From assembly GCF_009914755.1 (NCBI RefSeq), contig NC_060932.1: DNA of 64,000 nt; one strand, written 5' to 3'. Below the pieces are notes generated by a model that made no database searches, had not been told where the DNA came from, and saw only the letters and a program-made list of their open reading frames with translations. Source of the DNA: the human T2T-CHM13v2.0 reference genome, Homo sapiens. Numbering within the stretch: the stretch's first letter is position 1; the number at the start of each line of letters is the position of its first letter. Made by a program: the position numbers and the translations under genes. Of the stretch, positions 11,285 to 26,423 are shown one piece after another.

Positions 11285-12530
11285 TGGTGCTGTAATAACT
11301 GGCTAGCTATAAGAAGACTGAAGCTGGAACCCTTCCTTACACCATATACAAAAATCAACTCAAGATGGATTGAAGACTTACATGAAAAACTCAAAACTAT
11401 AAAAACCATGGAAGACAATCTAGGCAATACCATCCTGGACATAGGAATCTGCAAATATTTTATGACAAAGTCACCAAAATCAATTGCAACAAAAGCAACA
11501 ATAGAAAAGTAGGATCTAATTAAATTTAAAGATTCTTTACACAGCAAAACACACTATCAACAGAGTAAACAGACAACCTACAGAACAGGAGAAAATATTT
11601 ACAAACTATGCAATAACAAAGGTCTAATATCCAGCATCTATAAGGAACATGAACTAATTTACAAAAGAAAAACAACCCCATTAAAAAGTGGGCAAAGGAC
11701 ATGAACACACTTCTCAAAAGAAGTTGTACATGCGGCCAAAAAGCATATGAAGTAAAGCTCAATATCACTGATCATTTGAGCAATGCAAATCAAAACCACA
11801 ATGAGATAGCATCTCACACCAGTCAGAATGGCTATTATTAAAAAGTCAAAAAATAACAGCTGCTGGTGAGGTTGAAGAGAAAAGGGAACACTTAGACATT
11901 GTTGGTAGGAGTGTAAATTAGTTCAACCAATGTGGAAAACAGTATGGTGATTCCTCCAAGAGCTAAAAGCAGAACTGCCATTCAATTCAGGAATCCCATT
12001 ACTGTGTATATACCCAGAGGAATGTAAATCATTCTATCATAAAGACATGCGCAAAAATGTTCATTGCAGCACTATTCACAATAGCAAAGACATGGAATCA
12101 AACTAAATGCTCATCAATGACAGATTAGATAAAGAAAATGTGGTACATATATACCATGGAATACTATGCAGCCATTAAAAAGAATGAGATAATCTCTTTT
12201 GTGGGAACATGGATGGAGCTGGAGGCTATTATCCTCAGCAAACAAACACAGGAACTAAAAACAAAATACAGCTCATTCTCACTTATAAATGGGAGCTAAA
12301 TAATGAGAACTCCTGAACACAAAGGAAGAAACAACAGACACTGGGGTCTACTTGAGGGTGGAGGGTGAGAGGAGGGAGAGGTGAAGAAAAGACAACTACT
12401 GGGAACTGGGCTTAATTCCTGGATGACAAAGTCATTTGTACAACAAACCCCAAGGACATGAGTTTACCTGTGTAACAAACCTTCACATGTACCCTTCAAA
12501 CTAAAATAAAAGTTAAAAAAAAATTAAAAT
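11285..12530 (+). mobile_element. L1PA13-15-like ORF2 end, 3' UTR and poly(A) (right part)
   Basis: [31 protein letters not shown]; ends ...ACATGTACCC...CTAAAATAAAAGTTAAAAAAAA. Confidence 0.95.
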
Positions 12531-15500
12531 TAAAACTATGGATACTAAAAATATATTTAAAAGATGTTGCTTAATCATATCAACACAAAATAATCAAATA
12601 GAGTTTTACTTTGGTATCTAAACAGGGAGAATGCATATTGCGAGCATCCCCTATGGCTATGCCCTCTTAAGTGAGTCTCCCTGTCCTTTCTCATGTCATG
12701 TGACATAAGCTTCCTCTTCAATGGCTCCTACCTACTACAGCTGATATTTGAGAAGGGGTGAGGGCACTTAAAGCCTTTCTACTGCTTACTTCTCACACTT
12801 ATTTGTAGTGGAAACTTGATTAAAATCATCATTACCATTTTATTCTACACAGGGAAACAAAGTTTTGTAACTTAGAACAAAAAAATCTCCCAATGGTAAG
12901 GTTTTATTGACCTATAAAAGTAGTGACTTTTTCCATCATTCCATTATGATTTAGTTATCGAACATCTTTTTCTTTCCATGACTCTCAAAGGTGAAAATCA
13001 CAAAGCCTTCCCCACACAATATCACCGGAGGCTGCTTTTTATCTCTTTGAGAAATCACTCAAAATTGTCATTTGGGATTCAATTTTCACTGATGTGAAAG
13101 TCACATTTTACAGTACCTTATTTCAGTTTATCTTTCCAACACAAACCCCACGATGACACAAAACACAACTTCCTCATTTTGGTAGACACAAAACAAAGCC
13201 CTTTTATTTATTATATGATATTTTGGTTAATTGAATGTGCTTTTTACCTAAATTTTCAGAAAATGAAGTGCCTTTATTACAATAAGTGAACAATTTAAAA
13301 GTATACAATGCTTTACTTGATATACTTAGTTTCTTACAGACTCACTACATAACAAGAGAACAAATAGGTGGTCTTATAGAAATTTGGAAGGGAAGTTTGG
13401 GATGGGTTAATTTTTTTAAAATAGCATTTAAAATTAACTGTAGGATAGAGCTATAATTGTCAAACAATCTCCATTCTCAACGGTACCTGAAACTGAGAAT
13501 AAATTTTTAACAAATTTGGGCAAAGTGTTTGGAGAAAACTGACTGAAAATATAAACAATAATGCATCTATAATATTTACTGAGGAGGGCTTTGAGCAGTG
13601 TATATTTGGAAGTAATCTCATATAGAGATTAACATACTTGGGTATATTCATATTCCTGCACTTTGAAAGTATAAACTAAATATTTCAACCTTGTTTTAAA
13701 TAAATATTAAAATTTGCCTCCCCACAACTCTAATTTTGCTCATATTCTACTGGCTAGAATTTATGCACAATGCCTTATCTAATAGGAAAGGTCATCTAGC
13801 TTTTGCCCAAGAAGAATAAAGACGTATAATTAAAAATTAGCCAGTTTCTGCCACATCCAAATAACCTGTTCCAGAAGACACAGCCAAACACTTTTTACTC
13901 CCATTTAGCATCAGGCAATGAAGGACTTTCCACTCTGAGAAACAAATGAAAACAGCAAATTCCTTACTCTTCACCAAACACTATCTGCCAACTGCTCAGA
14001 CTTTAGGTCAGTGAGAGCTAGGTTTGAATTCCTACCTTTCACTTTCTAGAAGTGTGAATAGAACCAATTTATTTCTTTCTGCTGAAATGTGTAGATTTTA
14101 TGAGGACTTGGGTACTATTGGAGTGAAGAAATAATTGTGTTATAGTAATTTAAAGGAAATAACTATTATATTTAACATACTAGTTCCTGGATTTCCAGTT
14201 CCAAAAAAATCTAAGATTTCACAATATTTGTTACTTTAAAAATGGCTCATAAATTTTCACAGCAATTTTATAAAAAATTGATTTTTTTGATGTTAAAAAG
14301 CAAAGAAATGTTATACTTTTAATGAAAGTAAATATTAAAACAATTATGTATCTGTCACCTAATTGTTTAAAACATTTTTCCATTTCTCTATTTGCAAAAT
14401 ATTTTATAAAACGGGTAAATGAGGTTATCTATTATTATAATCCATTATGACTTACTGCTCATATAGATTTAGAACATAACTCAATTCTCCAACCTGGTTA
14501 AATATGTTAGTCTGCTGGAAATCTGTATTTGGAAATGCTCTTTTATATATACTGAAAAAATTAGTGTTTTCCGTGTCAGGAATGGATGGCTTTCTCTACT
14601 CTAAAGCATAAGTAGACATGTCCTACTTCTTGTCACATAAAGAAAGATGACACAGATTCAGTAATTTCATCACCCCAAGTAGATCACTGTACAATAACGT
14701 AAGTCTAAACATTCTGTTCCTCAGATTGAAAGGATTTAGATAGAAAACTGACAATTATACTAGTGTTCAGCTTTTAATCCTTATGTTATTCTAATACTTA
14801 ATGTTAAAGGAATTGAAAATGACACTTTACTTTTTACCATAGTCGTGAATGATTATGTAATACAACTCTCATCCATTACTTTGGCACTATAATTAGTGAG
14901 ATCATCCCAATATCAATGCATGTAATTGAATAACACATGAAGAATAATTGGAATATTGTAATGAATTCTAGCAGAATCATATTTCAAAAGTGTAATTGTT
15001 TCTGTTGTATTTGAGTTAACGTGTATCTTTATCTAAATGATGGACAATAAGATATCTTCTACTACTTAAATACTTCGTACATGAGTATTTAATAATTTCT
15101 ACAAACTTATTACTAGAGTTGGATAATCTTAAGGTTTAAAAGTTTTGTACATTTATATAGGGGGTTACAAAAAGTACAAATAAGATTAACAGGTAAAGCC
15201 ATCCCCAATGAAAATATCTACCTCTTGAGTAATAACAATCATCAATTTTAATGCAATTGCATGTATTTTATTAAATCCTGAAATTCTTTTAAGAGTAAAA
15301 GTGGAATCTTCTAATCTTTCTATTTCATGACAAGGGGGAACAATATTGTCTAATGCAAAAAAAATAATAAAAATCTCATTCTATCCCCAAATAAAGCAAG
15401 TATTTCAAATTATTTATAGTTTGATCATTTTATGATAAAGAATATAGCATGTCTCTGTTTCCAGTTTTACCTTTTACTCTTCATTAAAAGTCAAGATTGG

Positions 15501-16224
15501 TTCCAAAAAGGAATGCTTCATAAGTTTGGATAAAAGAAATAATGACACATTTCTTTATAGAAATCTATTTTGAAAGAGTCCCAAAATGAATTAGAACTTA
15601 TTCAAACTTCATTTGATTAAAAACTGTTTTGAAAAATTCAATCTTTTAAGTTATATATTTAAATTCTGAGTTTCTCTTGTTTAATCTTTGTCAAAGAATG
15701 TTATAACAGAGCCTGTTGAAGTTTGCTGTACTTCAACCTCTGATGTAGCATAGATCTTCTCAGATAGTAAAGGACAAAATATTCAATTAAATTTTTAGGA
15801 ACCCAAATGTGAGCTAAATTTGGAAAAGTATATTTGAATTAAATATTACAAGCAGTTTGAATTTTTCTCTAAATAACTTTCTGCATCAAGATGGTTTCTC
15901 ATATTATGCTGTTACTTAAAAACTATATTTGATGCTGAATTATATCAAAGCAGTAAAAATAATAAAGTTTTATTGATTTTTGTCACCATTAGCAAATCTA
16001 TGTTGAACAAGTATTATGAAAATAAAATATGAAAATTTATATGTTGAAAATTATTATGTATTAATTTTTACAAATACCTTTAAAATCTGTTTTAAACATC
16101 ATTTTCTCAAAAAACAGTAACTGAACATAATTTTATCTGGGAAAACATAACTGATTTTTTTTAAGCATGAGATAATGGTATATCTATAGAATTCCTTTTT
16201 AAAATAAGTGTTCCTGAGTACAAG

Positions 16225-18588
16225 GGTTAGAAGCAAGATGGCCGACTAGATGGAACCAGGAGGAACAACTGCCACTGAGGGACTAGGACGTTGGGAAGAC
16301 TGGTGCACTCGGAGCAGACCTTGAGAGGGAAGGCATTAACAAAGGGAAGACACAGATGCTAGGCTGAAGTGGGTGGAAGCTGGGAACCTGCATGGGGCTA
16401 CCGTGCACTGGGACTCATTCCTGGCCCCGGGTGATTCCTGGGGAATGGATGAGTTGGGAAGGACAGGAGCAACTCAATCTCATCAGGAACCTCTCAAATC
16501 CTGGCAGCAGAAGACCTCACAACCTCCATGGACAAGAGTTGGACAGGAAGAGCTGCTTAGAGAGGGGTTAGGGGCAGAATTCCAGCTCTTACAGACCACA
16601 GAGGGTTTGGTGCGGAAGTATCTGTAGCAGAGCATCAACAGGGATACCCATCCCCCAAGGATTGCCCCCCAAGTATTTAGCCTTTAAGGAACTATCATAC
16701 CTGAACAGTGCAGGGACATCTTGCTGATGAAATGGGACTGGTCCAACCTGAGTATCCCCCTCTGTCTGCTGGCCTGTCCTGGGGCCTAGCCTGGCCCCTC
16801 CTGCTTGTAGTGCAGCCTCAGATGCCCAGCTGAGGTGCCTTCTGGGGTCCTGAATCATAGCTCCTGTGCCTGGTGGACTGCGTCTGACTGTTGGAGAGCT
16901 CCAGCAGAGCAGCCCAGACTAATGCACAACAGCCCATCAGCACCCTCCTGCCTCCACATCCTTTTCCATGCTGTTTTGCAGCAGGCACTTAACAACAACC
17001 ACCCCTCACATCACTTTGTCAGCATATATGTGCTAGGGTGGACCTCACCTCCCCTTCCCTGACTGCACACATGTACAAGTGCAACCCACTGTGCCATTGC
17101 TGCCAGTGTGAGTGCACCCTGCCCCCACCACCCCCCCACCATGCTAACATTGCTAATGCAAAAGCACTCAAGGAGGACAGCAGCCCTGCTTCCCACCCTG
17201 TGCCACCATTGTCTCTGGCTGGCGCATTCACAAGCTTAGAGAGCACATGCCCTATGGCTGCCAACACCTCACTCCTGAGCCGACACGGCTGTTGGTGACA
17301 ACCTACACATGAAGACTAGTGGTCCTGACTCCCCACTATGCACAGGCCATGCTGCCTGCATTTAGGCACACACAGAGGGGGCCAGTACCACTTCTGCAGT
17401 GCCTCACCAAGTGCCAACACCACTGTCTGTGCAAATGCATGCACAGATGCTGGTGGCCCCACACAAGTCCACACCACACTGCTACTGTCACTCCTGTAAA
17501 TACTCACACGGAGGCCAGCACACCTGAAGTTGCCAGCACCCTGCTGCAGCCAACAGGAGTGCATCCTGCCACAGTGCCACTGCTGCTGGCACGTAAGAAC
17601 AAGCACCGATCCCACTGCCACTGCCTGAGGAAGCAATTTGGCTGGCACCACCCATGGGAGTGTTGTGACCAGTGGTCCAGGAACACATCAGACCCTCCAG
17701 CAGAGCAAGTTCCTAACCTTGATGGAGGAGAGAATAAAGAACTGGGGCCCAATACCAGGCCCCCAGAGTTAGCGCATGCAGCCCAGGAGTCTGAGCTGGG
17801 CCTTGGACCCCTAAAATCTTCTGGAAATGAAGCCAGTTGACTGAAGCCACCTTATACCATAATCAAACCCCCAGGACATCAAAGAGGATAAAATAAAATA
17901 AAACCCAACCAAAGGATAGCAGCTTCAAAGATTGAGGGAACATCAGCCCACAAAAATTAGAAAGAACTAGCACAGAATTCTGGCAACTCAAAAAGCCAGA
18001 GTGTCTTCTTACCTTTAAACAACCACACTAGTTCCCCAGAAATGGTTCTTAACCAGGTTGAAATGGCTGAAATGGCAGAAAAAGAATTCAGAATATGGAT
18101 GGGAATAAAAATAATCGACAGTCAGAGAAATTTGAAACTCCATCCCGGGATTCTAAAGAACACAATAAAACAGGAAATGAAAGATGAACTGTCCACACCA
18201 AGACAGACCCAAACTGGGCTGATAAAGCTGAAAAACCTGCTTCAAGAATGTCAGAATACAACCACAAGTATTAACAGCAGAATCAACCAATGTAAGGAAT
18301 GAATCTCAGAGCTTGAAGACTGGCTCTTCAAAATAACTAAGTCAGGCAATTTAAAAAAACAAAACGAAAACAAAACAAAGAAAAATTAATAAAACCTATG
18401 AGAAATGAGGAATTGTGCAAAGATATCAGATCTATTATTCATCTATTTCCCTGAAAGACAGGAAGAGAAAGCAAGCAATGTGGAAAACATATTTTATGAT
18501 ATCATCCATGAAAATTTCCCCAACATGCTAGAGAAGTCAATATTCAAATTCAGGTAATGCCAAGAACCCCTGCAAAATACTACACAAG
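16225..18588 (+). mobile_element. L1PA16-like 5' UTR and N-terminal ORF1 remnant
   Basis: Starts CAAGATGGCCGACTAGA; long GC-rich UTR; ORF 18042-18302 (EMAEKEFRIWM..KII) resembles the ORF1 coiled coil. Confidence 0.88.
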
Positions 18589-19760
<1,172 letters not shown>

Positions 19761-20630
19761 TAAGGGCTCCGACTTGTGATATAATTAGTTATTATTTTAA
19801 AAAGATAATTGTTACTGTTAACTTGGTTGATTTTCACAAGACTTGATCATGTGATATTTGAGAGGAAAAAAAGGATGGAATCAACAATTTAATGTTCATT
19901 AAATCATACCAGAGTGTCTACTTAAACAGAATTGAGCAACATTTTATATTCTTCCACTTGATCAATATATTTTCTTACTTGCTGGGTCAGTGTTAAGACT
20001 CTACCATCCTAGATCTCCAACATGTCTTTCCAAGCACATATTTATCCCCACACGAATTCATTGCTCTTTAGCTGTTTTAGATCATCGATAATTTACATAA
20101 TGAAATAATAACTTTTTAAGGTTTTATTGAGTTATAATTGACAAATAAATTTGCATATATTTAAGGTGTACAACATGATGATTTGAGGTACCTACAAACT
20201 GTGAAATGATTACCACAATCAGGGTAGTTAATATATCCATCACCTCATAAAATCACCATTTGCATGTGTGTGCGTGTGTGTGTGTGTGTGTATTGTTATA
20301 ACATTTAAGATCTACTCTCAATAGATTCCATGCATATAAAAATTATTATCAATTACAGTTGCCATGCTATGCATTAGAGCCCTAGAATTTATTCATCTTA
20401 ACACTAAAACTTTGTACCATGTAAACAATATTTCCCCATTTCCTTCATCCCACAGTACCTGGCAACCACTAATATACTCTGTTTCCATGAGTTTCATATT
20501 TTTAGATTGCCCATAGAAGTGAGGTTATGCAGTATGTATCTTTTTCTCTCTGGCTTATTTCACTTAGCCCTCCAGGTCACTTCATGATGCAAAGGGTAGA
20601 ATTTTTTAAAGTCTGAATGATATTTTATTT

Positions 20631-20730
20631 TATATATATATATATACACACACACACATATATATACACATATATACATATATACCACATTTATATATAT
20701 TATAATATGTGATATATAATATATAATGTT
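20631..20730. repeat. (TA)n/(CA)n compound microsatellite
   Basis: tatatatatatatatacacacacacacatatatatacaca... Confidence 0.85.
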
Positions 20731-21089
20731 CTAGATCTATATCACATTTTATTTTTTCATTCATTCCTTGAGTAACACTTAGGTTGTTTTCCTGTCTTGT
20801 CTTTGTGAATAAAGCTGCAGTGAACCTGAGAGTGCAGATATCTCTTCAAGTACTAATTTAATTTTTTTTTCTATTTATCCCAAAGTGAGATTGCTGGATC
20901 ATTTGGTAGTTTTAATTTTTTGAGGAACTTCCATACTGCTTTCCATAGTAATTATACCAATTTACATCCCCACCAACAGTGTACAAAACTTCCTTTCCTC
21001 CATATCCTTGCTTAAACTAGTTTCTCTCATAATTTTTATTATAGCCATTCTAACATTATGAACTGATACCTTATTGTGTCTTTTCATTT

Positions 21090-21193
21090 TTCGATTTTTA
21101 AATTCTTTTTATTTTTAATTATTCTGAGTACATAAAGTTGTATATATTTATGTGGTACATGTGAAGTTTTGATACAGACATACAATGTGTAAT
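21090..21193 (-). mobile_element. ~100-bp 3' tip of a younger L1MA nested in the L1MA8/9
   Basis: T-rich tail then GTACATAAAGTTGTATATATTTATGTGGTACATGTGAAGTTTTGATACAGACATACAATGTGTAAT, interrupting the host L1. Confidence 0.7.
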
Positions 21194-21675
21194 AATTTAC
21201 ATTTCCCTCATGATTAGTGTTGTTGAGCATTGTTTTCATCTACCTGTTGGCCATTTGCATGTCTTCTGTGGAAAAATGTCTAGTCAGTTCTTTTGAATAG
21301 ACATTTTAATATCAGATAATTATGGTTGTTGTTGATATTGATTCCTATGAGTTCCTCACAGATTTCTAATATTAATCTCTTATCAGATTTAGGGTTTACA
21401 AATATTTTATCTTATTCTGTAGGTTTTCTCATCAACCTGTTGATTGTTGATTATTCCCTTTCTTATGCAGAAGCCTTTTGGTTTGATGGAATTCATTTGT
21501 TTACTTAGCTTTTGATGACTATGCTTTTGTTGTAATATCTAAAAAGTTATTGCCAAGACACATGACAAGAAGTTTTTCTCTATATTTTCTTATAAAAGTT
21601 TTATAGTTTGACATCTTACATTTAAGTCCTTAATCTATATTGATTTAATTTTTGTGAGTGTTAAAAGGTAGAGGC

Positions 21676-22060
21676 TGATATGGTTTGAATCTATGTCCCT
21701 GCCCAAATCTCATGTCAAATTGTAATCCTTAATGTTGGAGGTGGGGCCTGGTGGGAAGTGATTGGATCATGTGTGTGAATTTCCCCCATTGTGCTGTTCT
21801 CATGGTCGTGAGTGAGCTATTGTGAGATCTGGTTGTTTAAAAGTGTGTAGCACCTCCCCTCTCTTTCTCTTTCTCTGGCTCCAGCCATGTGAGGTGTGCC
21901 TACTTGCCCTTCACCATCTGCCATGATTGTAAGTTTTCTGAGGCCTCCCAAACCATGCTTCCTGTACAGCCTGAGGAACTGTTATCTAATTAAATCTCTT
22001 TTCTTTATAAATTACCCAGTCTCAGGTGTCTTTATAGCAATGCAAGAATGGACTAAGACA
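21676..22060 (+). mobile_element. MSTA-like MaLR solo LTR
   Basis: TGATATGGTTTGAATC...GGACTAAGACA with perfect 5-bp TSD GAGGC. Confidence 0.93.
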
Positions 22061-25049
22061 GAGGCCCAATTTCATTCTTTTGCATGAGCAAATCTAGTTT
22101 TCTCAGCACCATTTATTGAAGAAACTATCCTTTTCCCCATTGTGTATTTTTTACTGCCTCATTAAATAGCTATTGACTACATATGCATAAGTTTATTTAT
22201 AGGATTTCTATTATGTTCCATTGTTCTATGCATCTTTTTTTTTTTTACACTAGTACCATGCTGTCATGATTACTACAGCTTGGTAATATAGTTTTAAATC
22301 AGAAGTGTTCTGCCTCCAGCTTTGTTTTCTCTCAAGATTGCTTTGACAATTCACAGTCTTTTATGGTTCCATACAAATTTCAGAATTTTTTTCAATTACT
22401 GTGAAAAATACCATTGTGTTTTGGTAATTATTGAATTATGTTTTTAGGTTACACTTGGTAGCATGGACATTTTAACAATATTAGTTTTCCAATCCATGAA
22501 CATGTGATATCTGTCCATTTATTTGTGTTCTCTTCAATTTCTTTCATTGATGTTTTATAGTTATCAGTGTACAGATCTTTCAATTCCTTGGTTAAATTTG
22601 TCTCCTATTTTATTCTTTTTGATGCTATTTTAAATAAGATTTTTTTCTTTATTTTCAGATAGTTTTTTATTAGTGTATAAAACGCAACCTGGTTTTTGTA
22701 TGTCGATTTCGTATCCTGCAGCTTTATTGAATTCATTTATTAGTCCCAACAGTTTCCTGGTGGAGTCTTTCGGGTTTTCTATATACAAGATAATGTCATC
22801 TGTAAAGAGACAATTTAACTTCCGTCCTTCTGATTTGGATGTATTTTATTTCTTTTTCTTGCCTAATTGCTCTGGCCAGAGCTTCCAGCAATATGTTGAA
22901 TAGGAGTGGTGAAAATGGGCACCCCTGTCTTGTTCCTGCTCTTAGAGGAAATTCTTTCAGCGTTTCACTGTTGAGTATGATGTTAGACATGTTGGCTTGT
23001 AATAGATGGCTTGTAATAGATTTCTTCCAAACCCAACAGATTCTATCCAGAAAAATAATACATATATGCAAAGCTATGTATGTTGTATCATGGAGTTTAT
23101 AATTTTACAAATTTGATCACTCTTGTTTTAGAAAATTAATATGAATAATTAATGACTTGTGACTACTTGGGAGTTACCATAATAAAGTAGTCAAAACCTA
23201 AGATGGTGCAAATTCTGCAATGAATGTATGGAAAAAGTCAGACACAGGATTTTTATTTGGCCATAAAAATGTTCTGAATTTTTGGCTATCTTTGAAATGG
23301 AAATCCATGAAAATCTGTGGCCATGAAATAAACCTTTGCATTCTAGATGTACAGTCATTTCACTTCTCTAACCAATTAGATGACAAATAATTTTAATTTG
23401 TAAGGTAAAATATATGTATTATAAAAAACTTTGTTGATTTCAAATTTCACTTTGTAAACACTAAATATATCTTCATAAATAAAGTGTATACAACACAAGC
23501 ATATAGAAGCTACCAAGGATGCTGTTTTATTAATTTATTATGACTACGCTATTATTTTACTAATATTTCTTTTTTTTTTGTTCACCAAAGCATTTGAATT
23601 ATTGTTCTATCTGAATGTTTACAGGTATAGCTACTGATGAAGACCACTTCATTTTATTTTGGACATTACTAATTTATTTTTAAAGTTGGTTCCTGCCATT
23701 TCAGAAATAAGAATCTTAGGTACCAAAAATTTTCAAGAAACTCACCATGATAAATCTTGAAAATATATATGATTTTCTTACTTTTCATTGGTGTCTGGAA
23801 GACTACGTTATAGCTACATTAAGAAATGAATTTTAGAAAAGTTTGCAATTGATTATTGATGGAATGCATTGTGTTAAGTTATAGGCCAAGTATACTTGCT
23901 TTTTCTACTGCTTGTTAGGTATTTATAGTGTGTGCATATGGTCAAAATTCTTAACAATTAAGACATATGTCTCTTCCTTACAAAGCTTGTATCATTATGC
24001 AATAAAATGTATTATATCCATGCTTTCCACAAATTATTTCCAATAAATGTTTGTGTAATTACATTTACTTTAGCATTTTGCTTTATCTCTTACCATTCTG
24101 CTTTACCAATCCCTTAAAAAGTAAATAAATTATGTTTGCCAAAATCCAGTTGCCTTCTTTAAGGTTCAGTAATAATTTGGGACAAATGTCAGTCAAAACA
24201 AGAGAGATTATATCGTTATTGTGGTCTTAAATTATTAAATCCCACACGTCGGAAGTTTTTAATTATTTTATCTATAAACTGTATCCAATAAGTGTTTGTT
24301 GTATAATTATTTTTACAAAGAAAGACATTCTGCAATTTGCATTTTCATGTTAATTATCAATAATAACCAATGACCAATTTCTGTTCTTTATTTAGGAAGA
24401 AAAATGTATAGAAAATAATTCTTGTTTTCAATAATCTTTAGCTGCACCCATATAACTAAGTATCTCCAGGCAATTGCAAATTTATTTTTCATATGTCGAT
24501 AAACAAAGCTTTTTTAGGACTCTAAAATTTTTGTCAAGTCATTTTAAGTTTCACTCAAGATCATGATTTGTTGAAGTTTCTAAATACCTGTTCTGTGTAT
24601 CTTTTTTTTTATTGATATGGCAGATACTTTTGCAAGGGTACTTATTAATTTGGTTCTTTTTTCCATTTTCTGGCTAAAAGTAAATTATTGAATTTGCCAT
24701 CTCATAAGGTATCAAACTGTAGCTTAAGGGCCAATGTTTTATAAGCCAGCATTAAGAGAACCTTTTTCTGCTCCTAATAACAGTGAGACACTAATGTATT
24801 TTCATTTTAGTGCAAGTGCAGATTCACACCAACAACTGTTTCTTCAATATTTCATATTTTAAATGTAAATTAGAATATGTATTATCAAGTATAAACATTC
24901 TACAAAATACCACTGATGTCATTGAAGATCAGGTAACATTTTATTCTTGCAGCTTCAAGTGACATTTCAAATATGCAGAACAAATTAATTGCAAATATTT
25001 TCTGATTTTAAGAAGACCTAAAATAAATTTAATTTATTAAAAGAAATAT

Positions 25050-25122
25050 TATATATATGTGTGTGTATATATATGTATATATGTATATATGTGTGTGTGT
25101 ATATATATATACACATATATTA
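25050..25122. repeat. (TA)n/(TG)n microsatellite
   Basis: atatatatgtgtgtgtatatatatgtatat... Confidence 0.9.
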
Positions 25123-26067
25123 TCTCCTTTGAGCACAGAATCCATAATGTTAAGCCTAATTCTGTACTTACAGTTAATTATTTTAAAAAGAGATGATAAA
25201 GCATAGCTTGCTTATATAGAAAGTTTATTCAGCAACATCTAGGATATAACTAAATCATTTAAAGATTTAAGCTCTTCAACTCACACGTGACCGCCACATT
25301 ATTATTAAGCAACAATTAATAGAGCAAAACTTTCTAGTGTGCTAAATGCTTTTAATTGTGAACTGAATGTGTAAAATGTTCTTAATGTAGAGGATTGCTC
25401 TTATTTTTCCATTGTTTCTCTTTTTAAAACTATCTTGAGCTTTCTGAATGTACTACTTTTATAAGCCAAAAATTAATTTACACATATACACACAAAAACA
25501 CGTAGAATAAGATGAGAAAAAAAGAAAATCATACCTTTTAATTGAAATCTTTTCATTATCCATTCCTTCTCTCTATTCTCTCCTGAGCTGTCACTTTCGT
25601 CCCTCACTTTTACCAAATGATTACTGGATCAGCCAATAAAGGCAGCCTTGATTAGTATGAAACATTGCATAGCTACTGAAAAGTGCTGAGCAGGTAAGGA
25701 ATAAATCAAGAGGAAATGAAGTACTTCTAACCATATGAGAACATGAGTCAATCAATAATGAAAACAATTCATTGTAAAAGCAAATCCTGAAAAAGGAACC
25801 TTTAGCTGCTATGGTTTCCTTCACTGTTTTAGTCTGCAGAGAAGTGAACCAAAGTGTCCTCAGATCCTGAAACCAGACATAATCTCATTTACACTGATAA
25901 ATTAAACTTGTGAAAGTTTTCCCTGAACAGCACCAGAATAATTTTGGGTACAAGGGGGCCCAAAATTATTTTTATTGGAAATAAATAAACAAAATCTTAT
26001 AAATAAACAGCATTCTGTTGTCAGCTTTCATAAATAGGTGTTACAAGCACCATCCTAATAAAGGTAG

Positions 26068-26423
26068 TGATATGGTTTGTCTGTGTCTCCACCCAAATCT
26101 CATCTTGAATTCCCACCTCTTGTGGGAGGGGCCCTGTGGGAGGTAATTGAATCAAATGGGGAAGGTCTTTCCTGTGCTGTTTTCATGACAGTGAGTAAGT
26201 CTCACAATATCTGCTCATTTTATAAGGGAGAGTTTCCCTGCACAAGCTCTCTCTTTTTGCCTGCTGCAATCCATTTAAGATGTGACTTGCTCCTCCTTGC
26301 CTTCTGTCATAATCCTGAGGCCTCCCCAGCCATGTGAAATGTAAGTCCATTAAATCTATTTCTTTTGTAAGTTGCCCAGTCTCAGGTATGTCTTTATTAG
26401 CAGTGTGAAAATGGACTAATACA
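26068..26423 (+). mobile_element. THE1A/B MaLR solo LTR
   Basis: TGATATGGTTTG...AAAATGGACTAATACA, 356 bp, perfect TSD GGTAG. Confidence 0.95.

Larger units (their letters stand above)
20120..22995 (-). mobile_element. L1MA8/9-like, 5'-truncated, with nested insertions
   Basis: 3' end TATAATTGACAAATAAA...AAGGTGTACAACATGATG; ORF 22796-23071(-) contains [36 protein letters not shown] (ORF2 RT region). Confidence 0.9.

Noticed and set aside
9348-11547. Dense overlapping ORFs up to 158 aa
   Set aside because: Expected from a GC-rich, stop-poor LTR; no recognisable domains except the L1 ORF2 piece.
7740-12530. Functional reverse transcriptase
   Set aside because: 5'-truncated, frameshifted, stop-ridden and split by an LTR.
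16373-17840. ORFs including the 173-aa His/Pro/Thr-rich frame
   Set aside because: They lie in the GC-rich L1 5' UTR, are open on both strands and show no family motif.
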